From Octopus sinensis (taxonomy: Eukaryota), in assembly GCF_006345805.1 (NCBI RefSeq), contig NC_043008.1, positions 59,458,001-59,522,000 of the forward strand: a DNA stretch of 64,000 nt, read 5' to 3'. Positions within the stretch are counted from its first letter, which is position 1. Each line of letters begins with the position of its first letter. The position numbers were made by a program, and so were the translations under genes. The notes beneath the pieces were generated by a model. It was not told the origin of the DNA. It did not search any database and saw only the letters and a list, made by a program, of their open reading frames with translations. Positions 14,372-27,289 of the stretch are shown here, piece after piece.

Positions 14372-15223
14372 TTGTATACTGTCAACTTAACGTGACAGTC
14401 CTGTAAGGGAATTACACACCGCTGTTTAGCCCTAGGAAGCATCGACGCTTCCTGTCGGCCTTGACACATTTCCTGTGTCCTTATATACATATTTACATAC
14501 ATACATACATTCATATAGACAGACTGACAGGTCGACTTTACCTTTCATCCTTTTGGGGTTGATAAAATAAGTACCAGTTGAGTACTGGGAGTCGGTGTAA
14601 TAGACTTATCCCCTCCACTAAGCTTGCTGGCCTTGTGCTAAAATTTGAAACTAATGTTATTCGGCGATCTTAAGAGGTCAGCACGACTATGTGTTTGTGT
14701 GTGTGTGTGAAATATGTTCATTCTGCAGAATTTTTTAATCCTTAAGATTATCTCCCCTTGTTAATCCGAGTCGGCTGCAATTGCCGTTGTCTGTTTGTTT
14801 ATCTTCTGTCAAATCGAAGATAATTGCAAGAAATCAAGAATATTTTGTTATTTAGCATACTTTTCTTTCATTAAGCCGCACACAATTCTGTCAGCTCATT
14901 TTCGTTTCATGATGTATACATTATATACAGACACGCGATTGCACATGCGCATTGTTAATCGAGTTTGCAAACTGGCAAAATTATCAATACATATTATCAG
15001 GTAAACACATATATACACATACATTCTTATATATACAGTATATACACACACTAGCAAACATATTTTTATCAATATAGAAACACATATGCATATATATACA
15101 TATTAACATTTAAGTGCATATAAACATTTAAACTTATATAAACATATAAACATACATATCTAAACATTTATTATATGTGCATCTATGTGAATAGGCTTAT
15201 ATGTATGCATGTATATATATATA

Positions 15224-15292
<69 letters not shown>

Positions 15293-15327
15293 GTATATAT
15301 ATATGTGTGTGTATATATATATGTCTA

Positions 15328-15361
<34 letters not shown>

Positions 15362-15376
15362 ATATGTCTATATATG

Positions 15377-15413
<37 letters not shown>

Positions 15414-15772
15414 GTGTGTGTGTGTGTGTGTGTGAGAGAGATTATTAGTGTGTATGCATTTGTATGTGTGTGACTGTTGCGTGTAAGTATGCACACAACA
15501 TTATACATATATAGTACACCAACACAAACGAACTACAATCATCTTCGATCTGAAAATCTAGTCTTTGGAGTCTCGTTCTGTCGTTTGTCTTGCAGTCATT
15601 AATAATAATCACACTTATATGCATATTCAAACATTGCTATCAGTATTTTCCAAATTATATTTACAATTTCAAATTATTGAATAATTATTTCTGGCTTCTA
15701 ATTTCTTTGGATATTCTTTGTAACTTATTGATTTCCTTCACTTATCATCATCATCATTATTATTATTATTAA

Positions 15773-17075
15773 GGCGGTGAGCTGGCAGAAACGTTAGCAC
15801 GCCGGGCGAAATGCTTACCAGTATTTCGTCTGCAGATACGTTCTGAGTTCATTTTCCGCCGAGGTCGACTTTGCCTTTCATCCTTTCGGGGTCGATTAAA
15901 TAAGTACCAGTTACGCACTGGGGTCGATTAAATAAGTTCCAGTTACGCACTGGGGTCGATATAATCGACTTAATCCGTTTGTCTGTCCTTGTTTGTCCTC
16001 TCTGTGTTTAGCCCCTTGTGGGCAGTAAAGAAATAGGTATTTCATCTGGCGTTACGATCTGAGTTTAAATTCCGCCGAGGTCGACTTTGCTTTCATTCTT
16101 TCGGGGTCGATAAACGAAGTACCGGTTGAGTACTGGGGTCAATGTCATTGACTGTCCCCCTCCCTACAAAATCCAGGCCTTATGCCTATAGTAGAAAGGA
16201 TTATTATTACTATTATTATAATTAAGGCGGCAAAATGTGGTGAGCCAGCAGAATCGTTAGCGACATGCTTAGCGGCATTTCGTCCGTCATCAAAATTTGA
16301 AACCATTATTATCCTTATTAAGGCGGCGAGCTGGCAGAATCGTTAGACGCTTGGCAAAATCCTTAGCGTCGTTTCATCTGTCTTTATGTTCTGCGTTCAA
16401 ATTCACCGAGGTGAATTTAATGCGTCTGTCCTTGTTTGCCCTCTGTGTTTAGCCCCTTGTGGGTAGTAAAGAAATGGGTATTTCGTCTGCTGCTACGTTC
16501 TAAGTTCAAATTCCGCCGAGGTCGACTTCGCCTTTCATCCTTTCGGGGTCGATAAATTAAGTTCAAGTTACGCACTGGGGTCGATGTAATCGACTTAATC
16601 CGTTTGTCTGTCCTTGATTGTCTCCTCTATGTTGAGTCCCCTGTAGGTAGTAAAGAAATGGGTATTTCGTCTGCCGCTACGTTCTAAGTTCAAATTCCGC
16701 CGAGGTCGACTTTACCTTTCATCCTTTCGGGGTTGATAAATTAAGTACCAGTGAAACACTGGGGTCAATGTAATCGACTATCTTCTTCCCCCAAATTTCA
16801 GGCCTTGTGCCTATAGTAGAAAGAATTATTATTATTATTATTATATTATTATTATTATCATTATTAAAGGCCGTGAGCTGGAATCGATAGCATGCCGAAC
16901 AAAATACTGAGCAGCATTCCGTCCGTCTTTACGTTCTGTGTTCAAATTCCGCCGGAGTCGACTTTGCCTTTTATTCTTTCGGGGTCGATAAAATAAGTAC
17001 CAGTTGGACACTGGGGTCGATGTAATCAACTTCCTCACTCCTCCGAACTTGTTGACCTTGTGCCAAAACTTTGAA
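15773..17075 (+). mobile_element. Cluster of SINE family B copies (head GGCGGCGAGCTGGCAGAA, core GCCTTTCATCCTTTCGGGGTCGATAAATTAAGTACCAG), several multimeric
   Basis: Heads at 15773, ~16225, 16322 and 16868, with body units repeated head-to-tail. The core resembles conserved Nin/Meta-type SINE central domains (from memory). Confidence 0.88.
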
Positions 17076-17112
17076 ACCAGTAGTAGTAGTAGTGTAGTAG
17101 TAGTAGTAGTAA

Positions 17113-17153
<41 letters not shown>

Positions 17154-17877
17154 TTTCTGAAGGGAAATAGTATGATATACCACTGCAGCTGCTATCGTTG
17201 ATAGTATCTTATTCCCCACTTTTTCCACCTTTGTTCGTTATGTATAATTATATATAATTAATGAAATTAATTACCCGGAGAAATTAGCAGTCAGATTTCA
17301 TTCTGTTATGCTCTGGCAATAATCAAAAGATTAGGTTGGATTTTTTCTTGGTTTGCTTGTTTGTTTGTTTTTGTTTTTTGTTTTTAATGATAAGATAAAA
17401 CTCTAACGATCATGACTTGAATAATTAAAATGGCGAATTGAAATTTGAGCGTATTTTGTTGATTGTTAAATAACAATTGTATATCTTGTGACATTAATGT
17501 TTCTGATAGAGTGAGGGTATTATGAATCAGTAAGTTGATAAGAAAAATCTGCTAGCCTGGAAGTTAGATGGACACCAAACATGAAACAGGGTAATTGAAT
17601 TCGTACGTTTATACCAAAGTTATAAATATTTTCCCAAAGTATTCGAACCTATAAAAGAATTTTATTTTTTCTTGATATTCACCAATTAATAATGATTGTG
17701 TGTTGACGGGACGAGAAATATGGCTCTGTGTGGTTGATCGACATGTTAGAAATAGTAGCCAAATATCCCTCAATTCAAATTCTGAAGTCTTTAAGAAAAC
17801 AAAGAAATGAACACAAAGTAGTCCTAGTTATGTAAGAGGGAATCACCATTATGTAATTAGATAAATATATGTAATTG

Positions 17878-17917
<40 letters not shown>

Positions 17918-19249
17918 CATACATACATACATACATACATACATACATACATACATGCACTACTTTCATGTTTTATGGCAACAAACAGAAACTAATGTAT
18001 GAATGTGTGTCTGTGTGTGTATAGGCGTAGGAGTGGCTGTGTGGTAAGTAGCTTGCATACCAACTACATGGTTCTAGGTTCAGTTCCACTGCGTGGCACC
18101 TTACTATAGCCTCGAGCCGACCTAAGTTTTGTGGGTGGATTTGGTAGACGGAAACTGAAAGAAGCCCGTCGTGTATATATATATGTGTGTGGTGTGTGTC
18201 TTTGTTTCCCACCATCGCATGACAACGGATATATATATATTGGTGGGGTGTAATAACCGGTGTAAATTTTTTTTTATTTCTCCAGTCACGTTTTACATCT
18301 AATAGAGAGAGAAGAGAGAGAGAATAAAAGATAGATATAAAGAAAGTTGAAGTAAGAGGTGCACATACTAAAAGGCAGAAATGAAGAGGAGAGGGTCAGA
18401 ATGACAGGGATTACATAGCAAAATAACAATGGGAGGAGCTATATAAATGAGAAATTTGTCTTATTTCATTTTTATTTTGAGGTAATAAATATTTTCCTTT
18501 TGAAAATTAATAATAATCAGTCTAACATTTTTTTTTTAATAAACACTAAAAAAAATCTGTTAAAGTTAAATTACAATTTTCATATGTACCCCATATTTCC
18601 TGATATTTTCCACGGTGGCAAAAGCACATAATTCCAAATATACCTGTCATACGACAGGTAGCGCCCAACTATATCACATATGTATCCATAAACTGTCCAT
18701 CGATAGTTGATGATGATATTCAACCTGAAATGAGAGTCTATCAGGGAATCAAAAGTGAATCGATATCTTCCAGTAGTTTACCTCTTCAGATACTGTAATA
18801 CAGGTGCGAGTATCGATAGCCAATCACCTCTTATTACACATTGTCTTTCTATGTATTGTTTATGATCTGCTTTAGGTGTCTCGTTTTGAATAGAAGTAAT
18901 TGTATTCAGATCCTACTGGGATCCGAATACAAGTTCAGATTCTGCTCGGATTGACTTTGCTTTTCATCGCCTCGGGGTCAATAAAAGTAAAGTAACATTC
19001 ATGATGGCGATTGGCGGAATTATTAGTTTGGTCAATTTGCTTTGTGAGTTTTTATTATTCGGAACTCAGGATGTAAAGAGTCCCCGAGTAGTAAACTGAA
19101 TCCGACACTCTGTTTAAACGCCGCCATTGGTCCTTGGGTTTCTTTAGCGGAGTTTCTTCAGTTTCAGATATTCAGGCTAGTCTTCTGTTTTAAAGCTAAC
19201 TTCCTCCCTTCATTGCACCGGCCTCATAGACCTTGAACAAAAGACAAAC

Positions 19250-19368
19250 ATAGGTTCGAAATGTTCCCAAGACATCTAATGAGGGCTTGAAGGTACATCA
19301 GCCGAAACGTTGAATTAACAACAAACAAGATGAGGACAAATATCCGTCAAATGTAAATAATGTAAATC
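19250..19368 (+). mobile_element. Penelope pLTR fragment with mutated hammerhead (19271-19316)
   Basis: Shares ...CAGCCGAAACGTTG...AACAACAAACAAGATGAGGACAAATATCCGTCAAATG with the 24.9-25.4 kb element; the core reads CTAATGA (G5 lost). Confidence 0.7.
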
Positions 19369-19384
19369 TGGGTGTGTGTCCTCC

Positions 19385-19625
19385 ATTTTGTCACACTTTT
19401 GTTGGTATCCTGTCGTCTCCCTTTGCGTCTCTATCTGAGAGCGATCTGGTTATGAGCAACAATTTCAGTTCACTTGGCAGATTATCCATTGATACATAAA
19501 TTGCGTTATGAATCACAATCTCTAAATTTTTCCACTCGGTATGTTCTGGTACTTTGAACAGCTGCTGGAAGTGTTCAACAAAGCAATCAAACATTTCTCC
19601 ATTTCCTGCAATATTGTTATTCAAC
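19385..19625 (-). mobile_element. RTE-clade LINE ORF fragment
   Basis: CFVEHFQQLF...MDNLPSEL...RSLSDRDAKGDDRIPTKV*QNGG matches the RW.EHF.QLLN...K(A)PG.DGIP.E..K.GG linker before the RT domain. Confidence 0.65.
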
Positions 19626-19844
19626 AGCTCAAAATTTTTATTTCAATTTGATGAGTAATAAAATAGAATTCATTTCATCCGTGATATTACATAAACAGAA
19701 ATACGAAAAAGAGGATCAAATATGTCACGTAGAAACACTTGGAATACAAATGAACACACACACACCACACACACACATACATTGGTTTCAATTTTTGGCA
19801 CAAGGCCAGAAATTTCAGGGGAGGGAATACGTCGGTTACATCAA

Positions 19845-20075
19845 GGCGGCGAGCTGGCAGAAGCGTTAGCACGCCGGGTGAAATGCTTAGCGGTATTTCG
19901 TCTGCGTTACGTTGTGAGTTCAAATTCCGCCGAGGTCGACTTTGCCTTTCATCCTTTCGGGGTCGATAAATTAAGTACCAGTTACACACTGGGGTCAATG
20001 TAATCGACTTAATACCTATGTCTGTCCTTGTTTGTCCCCTCTGTGTTTGGCCCCTTGTGGGTAATAAAGAAATAG
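19845..20075 (+). mobile_element. SINE family B monomer
   Basis: Intact head and body. Confidence 0.9.
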
Positions 20076-20935
20076 GTTACATCGACCCCGCTGCTTAACT
20101 GGTAATTTTTATCAATCCCGAAAAGTTGATTTTGCTAGCCCGCTGCCTCACCTCGATTGATATTAACTTGATTTTTATTCAACAGTCGAAATTTTAATTT
20201 AGAGGCGGTGAATGACAAAAGAAAAGTAATTTCATCTGTAAAGTTAAATGGGAAAAAAAAAGATGACGATCCTTGCTGAGTCATATAGACTGGTTTCCTG
20301 GTTCTTGTGGACATATAATTTTCCCCCTAGGCAGCTAGATGACTGGGGCAACGTGAGAGGAACTGTTTTGCTCAAAAATCCCAAACGTAGCACCGATCCA
20401 GAGATAGGAACTACAATCTTATGATCATGAGTCCAACACCCTAACCACTAAGCCATGCGCCTCTACTGCTGTAATATTACATATAGAGAGATATACGAGT
20501 ATAGAGTGAAGCTAATGCGTTATGTGGAAAGATATTACTGGCAACACAAACGGATACGTATACCTATGCATGCATACGTACATACATAACACACTGCCTA
20601 GGTATCAATCTTGAGAAATTAGGCTTCTCAAAACCAGAAAGGCGAAGGCTGATTCGAAGACTACAGATTCAAGCCATCACGGGAACTGTAAAAATCTGTA
20701 AAACATTCCAGAAGTTTATCATTTAAGTATATATGAGCATGTCTGTATATGCAACTATATGAATGATAGTACGAGCATAAAACAAAACATACACATCTGC
20801 ACACATGCATACATACAAAAATACCCCGTTGATGTTGAAATTCCAATGAAGTAACCTTAGATCTAGGTTAGAAACCGGCTCTTTCTATATTGGCAAAAAA
20901 AATCTTGAAATAGAACTGAATAATGATATACATGT

Positions 20936-21240
20936 GGAGGCACATGGCCTAGTGGTTAGAGCAGCGGACTCGCGGTCGAGCGATAGCGGGTTCGAATCTC
21001 AGACCGGGCTATGTGTGTGTTTATGAGCGAAATACCTAAGCTCCACGCGGCTCCAGCAAAAGGTAATGGCGAACTTCTGCTGACTCTTTCGCCACAACTT
21101 TCTCTCACTCTTTCCTCCTGCATCTTGCAGTGTACCTGCGACGGATCGGCGTCCCGTTCAGGTGGGGAACTTATACGCTAAAGACACCGGGAAACCGGCC
21201 CTTATGAGCCAGGCATAGCTCGAGAAGGAACAAACAACAA
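20936..21240 (+). mobile_element. tRNA-derived SINE family C with V-domain-like tail
   Basis: GGAGGCACATGGCCTAGTGGTTAGAGCAGCGG...GGTTCGAATC head; TSD AATGA(T/C)ATACAT. Confidence 0.9.
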
Positions 21241-21859
21241 TGACATACATACATACATACATACATACATACATACATACATACATACATACATACATAC
21301 ATACATACATACATACATACATACATACATACATAGCGGATATGTGTGTGTATGTGTATGTTTACACTGACAACCCCGAACGTTTCGGTTGAAGTTAACC
21401 TTGACAATACCTCCAAACCCAAACAAATTAGAACCATTCTTTTCAAGCCTATTAAACCGACAAAAGAAAGACTGGGAGATAGCAAAGTATGAGCCATCCA
21501 CGAAAGTGATATGAATGAAACTCCGGAATCATGAAAAACTAAGCGCAAAAATCTACACCCCAGCGTATGACAGTTAAAACCATGTTTGATAAATCCAACA
21601 ATGAAATGTCAAGGTTGGTTTCCTTATGATTTTGACTTCGCAGTTTAACATTGAAACCACTCTCACTAAATGACATCTCCGGGGTTTCGGTGATCGATCC
21701 AGCTCCTCTAAATTCAGAGATGCCAGAGATATAATCATAAAATGAAGTTGATATGATATGGTGGGAGAACATATCGATCTCACTACAAAAACTGTTGGCT
21801 TCAATGACATGTGTAGACATACTTGGAATTCAGAAGACGAGTGATAATTAGCAGAAGTT

Positions 21860-22290
21860 AGTTGACGAACTGGTAGAATCGTTAGCATGCCGGACGAAAT
21901 GCTTAGCTGTATTTCGTCTGCCGTTACGTTCTGAGTTCAAATTCCGCCGAGGTTGACTTTGCCTTTCATCCTTTCGGGGTCGATTAAATGAGTACCAGTT
22001 ACGCACTGCAGTCGATATAATCGACTTAAACCGTTTGTCTGTCCTCGTTTGTCCCTTGTGTGTAGCCCCTTGTGGACAGTAAAGAAATTAGAATCGTTAG
22101 AAAGAAATTAGAATGCCGGACAAAATGCTTAGCACCGATTCGTCCGTCTTTACGTTTTGAGTGGTCGACTCTGCCTTTCATCTTTGCAGGGTCAATAAAA
22201 ATAAATACCAGTTGAATAATCAGTCGATATAATCGGTCGACTTAACCTCCTCCCCTGAAATTACTGGCCTTGTGTCAAAATTTGAAAGTA
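21860..22290 (+). mobile_element. SINE family B, two adjacent copies
   Basis: Homology to family B. Confidence 0.85.
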
Positions 22291-22999
22291 ATATTAATCG
22301 CGGTAATGTATTAGTAGGTGAGCGGAGGTGCAGAATATTTTGCTTGTTATCTTTCGAGAATAATGTTTTGTTTAGTCAGAATCGTGACAACCCATACAAA
22401 ATGCCACATTTTGCACCACACGAATCCTAAAATTTAGGTCCCATGTTAAATAAAGCGTTAAATTTGTCTCGCATTGCAGAGAGTTTTGGATTAACCCTCT
22501 CTCTCTCTCTCTCTCTCGTCTTTCAATTATTCGTATTTTGCTCTTATTTTAATTACTTGTAACAATAACATCATCGTCACCATTATTCACTTTTCACCGA
22601 CCTTTTTTTTTAATATTGATATGTCTCTTACACAAATACTACGTCATGAATAGTTTCGTAGATTGTATTGCAGACGTCTGCTTGTTTGTTCTTTTTTTGT
22701 TGTGTTTTGTTTTTGTTTTTTAGTTGGTTTTTTTTGTTGTTTTTTTGCTGGTATTATTTTTGCTGACGTTGATAGGGCAGCGAGCAGACAGAACTGCTGA
22801 GCTGGCTAAGTGCTTATAGGTATTTTGTTCGCCTTCACGTCCTGTATTCAAATTCCGCCAAGTCGACATTTTGCCTTTCATCTTTTCGAGGTCAATAAAA
22901 TAAGTAAGAGCTGAGTACTGGAATCAAAGAAAATGACTTACCCCATCCCCACCAAAAAAATTGCTGGCCTTGTGCCTAAATCCGAACTCATTGCTGTTG

Positions 23000-23371
23000 C
23001 TATTGTTTGTTTGTTTGTTGAGCGAAGCGGTCTTCGTCCCAGAGCACGCAAGATGGGAGAAGTCCGAAACGTGGTCCTTTGCTATTCGTAAGACCCGCAG
23101 AAGAGAAAGCAGGTCAACCCCCCCACACCGAGAGCATCGACGGATGCGCATCAAGGCTCAGCGGTTGCGTAGGAAGTCGGGGATAAGAAACAGGAAGAAA
23201 GAGGGAGAGAAAGTTGGAGCAAAAGAGTACAACAGGGGTCGCCACCACCCTGCCGGAGCCTCGTGGACCTTTAGGTGTTTTCGCTCAATAAACACACACA
23301 ACGCCCGGTCTGAGAATCGAAACTGCGATCCTCCGACCGTGAGTCCACTGCCCTAACCACTGGGCCTCCAC
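23000..23371 (-). mobile_element. SINE with C-type head and unique tail H
   Basis: C-like head and body, then an unrelated ~190-bp tail ending in (CAAA)n. Confidence 0.8.
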
Positions 23372-23372
23372 T

Positions 23373-23624
23373 AATAAATGTGCCCTTTTAAAGCCTAGCC
23401 AGGCTCATAAGCCCGGTTTTCCAGTTTCAATGGCGTATGTGTTCCCCAGCTGGACGGGACGCCAGTCCATCGCAGCATTACTCATTTTTGCCAGCTGAGT
23501 GGACTGGAGCAACGTGAAATGAAGTGTTTTGCTCAAGAACACAACGCGTCGCCCGGTCCAGGAATCGAAACCATCATCTTACGATCATGATGCTGACACC
23601 GTAACCACTAAGCCACGTGCCTCC
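23373..23624 (-). mobile_element. CORE-type SINE family D with V-like tail
   Basis: Reverse complement of the 29481 copy. Confidence 0.88.
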
Positions 23625-24103
23625 ACCAAGTCTTGAATTAGGATTAGAATATCTTAACCCTTCAAAACGGTCTCGTTAACGAATGGTTTATTGCAACCAA
23701 TTCTATTTAGATTCTTAAATAACGGGTCAGAGATATTTATTTGAAATAAATGTCCAGATTTATTGTATATCGTGGTTTTAATGTCATTTGACTCGGTCAA
23801 TTTAACACAGCATTTAATCTCAACAGATTGTTGACTTCTATTGTCTTAGACATTTGACCTTAATACTTTGAGTGGCGGGAATAGAAGAATGCTGTGTAGG
23901 TGTCGTAAAGGAAGAATCAGTTAAAGATTTCGGTCACTGTTCTGTTTTATTGTACCCTTAATCAATCACCATTTATAACTGTTCTTTTATTCTTTCAATA
24001 TTTTAATTTGTTTCAGCCATTGGACTGTGGCCATGCTGGGGCTCCTATTCTATTTAGCCGGCTACAGCCTAATGATGCCAACTGGCGATATATATATTAT
24101 ATA

Positions 24104-24709
24104 CGAGGGAATGCTTTAAGGGTATCGCGAAAGGCTTGGTTGGAGGCCTAAATTTCCGAGTTCTTTTACGGGGCTTAGAAAAACTGAAGGACTGCTGCAA
24201 TAAGTGGGTGAATCTGAGAGGGAATTATATTCTTTTCTACTCTAGGCACAAGGCCCGAAATTTTGGGGAGGGGGCCAGTCGATGAGATCGACCTCAGTGC
24301 GCAACTAGTACTTAATTTATCGACCCCGAAAGGATGAAAAGCAAAATCGACCTCGGCGGTATTTGAACTCAGACAGACGAAATACCTATTTCTTTACTAC
24401 ACACAAGGGGCTAAACACAGAGAGGACAAACAAAGACAGACAAACGGAATAAGTCGATTATATCGACCCCAGTGCGTAACTGGTACTTATTTAATCGACC
24501 CCGAAAGGATGAAAGGCAAAGTTGACCTCGGCGGAATTTGAACTCAGAACGTAACGGCAGACGAAATACTGCTAAGCATTTCGCCCGGTGTGCTAACGGT
24601 TCTGCCAGCTCGCCGCCTTGAAAGGGGAATATATTGGATAGAATCATAATTAACTGATCTTTCTGTATTTTCTTTTACCCGAAACCAGGAACTTTTCAGC
24701 ACCCACTCT
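24104..24709. mobile_element. mariner-derived MITE interrupted by a SINE (24229-24618)
   Basis: TA-CGAGGG... left end and ...CCAGGAACTTTTCAGCACCC right end; partial copies at 10040-10164 and 32414-32522. Confidence 0.7.
24229..24618 (-). mobile_element. SINE family B dimer nested in a mariner MITE
   Basis: Head at 24618, two body units, alternative tail; degenerate TSD GAGAGGGAATTAT/GAAAGGGGAATAT. Confidence 0.88.
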
Positions 24710-25007
24710 TATTATATATACGACGGGCTTCCACAAAATTTCCGCCTACCATATTCACTTACAAGGTATTGGTCCGCACGGGACTATAGTATAAATTAAT
24801 TGCCAAGGTGTTGCGCAGTGGGACTGAACCCGAAACCAAACCGTGAAGTTGCGAAGCAAACTTCTAAATCATACAGTCTTGCTTGCGCCTCAGTTGTGAT
24901 ACTACAAACTCAAACTATACAGTTCTATATTTAAGAGATGAGGAATTATGTACATTATTTACATTATTTACATTTGACGAATATTTGTCCTCATCGTGTT
25001 TGTTGTT

Positions 25008-25053
25008 AACACAACGTTTCGGCTGATATACCCTCCAGCCTTCTTCAGGTGTC
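25008..25053 (-). ncRNA. Minimal type I hammerhead ribozyme motif, intact core
   Basis: GACAC-CUGAAGA-A-GGCUG-gaggguauau-CAGCC-GAA-ACGU-U-GUGUU: stem I GACAC/GUGUU, stem II 5 bp, palindromic ACGU stem III, GUU cleavage triplet. Confidence 0.75.
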
Positions 25054-25351
25054 AAATATGAAAACTAAAAAGAAGCAGCACATATGCTAGGACACAACAA
25101 CCTCCTAAGCAGACCGAGTACAGATATGAGCAGCATATGGGAACCTGTATTAAGGAAGGATAGAAATATATTAGATTTATAAGCTCTAAAATTCACTCCA
25201 TAATTGCCCACGGGCATATGGTGCAGTGGTTAATAGTGCGAGCTACTAACCCCAAGATTCCTAGATCGATTTCATTTTTAGATGTTATTATTAGATAATA
25301 ACATCTAAAAATACCTTGGGAATGAGAACCCACGTTAGAAATTTCCCCCAA

Positions 25352-25397
25352 GACACCTGAAGAAAGCTGGAGGGTATATCAGCCGAAATGTTGTATT
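25352..25397 (+). ncRNA. Degenerate copy of the same hammerhead motif
   Basis: GACACCTGAAGAAAGCTG...CAGCCGAAATGTTGTATT, with substitutions in stems I, II and III. Confidence 0.5.
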
Positions 25398-25479
25398 AAC
25401 AACAAACAAGATGAGGACAAATATCCGTAAATAACAAACTCTATAGTTTATAGGATACATGGTGTGTGCTATGTCCCCT

Positions 25480-26042
25480 CGTCGAGCTGAGCGAAATGCT
25501 TAGCGGTATTTCGTCTGTCGTTACGTTGTGAGTTCAAATTCCGCCGAGGTCGACTTTGCCTTTTATCCTTTCGAGGTCGATAAATGAAGTACCAGTTACG
25601 TACAGGGGTCGATATAATCGACTTAATCCGTTTGACTGTCCTTGTTTGTCCTCTCTTTGTTTAGCCCATTGTGGGTAGTAAAGAAATAGGTATTTCATCT
25701 GCCGTTACGTTGTGAGTTCAAATTCCGCCGAGGTCGACTTTGCCTTTTATCCTTTCAGGGTCGATTAAATAAGTACCAGATACGCAATGGGATCGATATA
25801 ATCGACTTAATCCGTTTGATTGTCCTTGTTTGTCCTCTCTTTGTTTAGCCCATTGTGGGTAGTAAAGAAATAGGTGTTTCATCTGACGTTACGTTGTGAG
25901 TTCAAATTCCACCGAAATCGACTTTGCCTTTCATCCTCTCAGGGTCGGTTAAATAAACTGGGGTTGATGTAATCGACTTAATCCCTTTGTCTGTCCTTGT
26001 TTGTTCCTTCTATGTTTACCCCCTGTGAGCAATAAAGAAATA
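25480..26042 (+). mobile_element. SINE family B trimer (184-bp period)
   Basis: Body units start at 25505, 25689 and 25873. Confidence 0.9.
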
Positions 26043-26702
26043 AATATGACCCTCGCCATTGAATTAAGCTGGATAGTTAACGTGTATCGTAGTCTCGGTT
26101 GACGAAGTGTATCGAGACCATAATATCCTCATTTATTAAGAAAACGGGAAGAAGATTGAATAGAACGTTTTAATCTAAAAGAAAATTCTTCTTCTCAACA
26201 AATGCACACTTGTTTCCCTACGGTTACATAACTTCCAAGGCTCTCCCTATGCCTTCAATATTTTTATTGTTTTTTAAGTTAGTATTTGAAAAGACCGCTG
26301 CAGGTCCCCTATCGAGCTCCAATTGTTGTCCCAATAGAGCAAGACAAATGTTATAATGATGTGAAATGACGAAGCGTTTTGGTATAGGTGCCAACAGCAG
26401 ATACGGACTCCACACGACGAAATGAAAATAATGGATTGTTTGTTAACTTGAATAAGCGTTCGGAAGAGAATGGGAATAAATTAAAATATATTATTTTGAA
26501 TATGTTCTTATTTAAATATACAAATGTATTTGTATATGCGAGTATATGTGTATATATATATGTGTGTGTGTACATAAATTTGTCTAAATGCAAATGTTTG
26601 CATATGTATATACAATTATATGGTTACGTATGTATTAATGTATGTTTACATGTCTATATGTAGATGTATGTATGTTTGTGTATGTCTATATATCTGCATA
26701 TG

Positions 26703-26734
<32 letters not shown>

Positions 26735-27289
26735 TGCTCTGTGTTTCATTCGAACATATTGACAACAATACAGTTTACAGCCTTTGGGCAATCAATTTAA
26801 ATGATAATCAAAATATTTATTAACCACAAAGTCATTTTTTGGATAAGAGCGCGAGTTATATGGCTGTTATTGATGTGTGGTTTAGCCCTCGGTCATTTGG
26901 GGCTGAGCAGATACATGTCAAAGCTGTTTTAGTCATAAACATTCTGGATACTTTCAGATAACTAAGACCAACTACACATTAAAGAAAGTAGGAGCGTAGT
27001 GTTGTTTTTGTCTGTCTGTCCTTGTTTATCCTCTCTGTGGGCAGTAAAGAAATTGGTACTTCGTCTGTCTTTTCGTTCTGAGTTCAAATTCCGCCGAGGT
27101 CGACTTTGCCTTTCACCCTTTCGGGGTCGATAAATTAAGTACCTATTGCGTACTGGGGTCGATGTAATCGACTGGCCCCCTCCTCAAAAATTTCGGTCCT
27201 TGTGCCTAGAGTAGAAAAGAAAATACGCTCTCCTCAAGTATGATGTATTTGTGTTGATCGATTAGGACGAGTTTACTGTTTTACCTATT

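Larger units (their letters stand above)
24918..25432 (+). mobile_element. Penelope-like element with inverted 5' pLTR fragment, GIY-YIG C-terminus and 3' pLTR
   Basis: 25069-25182 reads KEAAHMLGHNNLLSRPSTDMSSIWEPVLRKDRNILDL*. The same pLTR sequence occurs inverted at 24918-25053 and direct at ~25310-25432, a typical Penelope insertion structure. Confidence 0.8.

Noticed and set aside
15773-17075. Regularly recurring repeats suggestive of a CRISPR array
   Set aside because: Eukaryotic context; units are ~180-bp SINE bodies without unique spacers, and there are no cas genes.
19391-19624. 77-aa ORF with an F-box-like LPSELKLLL and an apparent splice acceptor
   Set aside because: Better explained as an RTE LINE linker (EHF.QLF ... 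G.D.IP...GG); no good donor site.
21360-21840. Overlapping ORFs and a CQGWFPYDF string reminiscent of PolB KG.FPY
   Set aside because: Single short motif on the opposite strand to the other putative PolB pieces, with no supporting neighbours.
22961-23356. 131-aa ORF with a signal-peptide-like start, considered as the SCP leader exon
   Set aside because: It is the antisense reading of a SINE and the leader comes from a (TTTG)n tail; no donor site.
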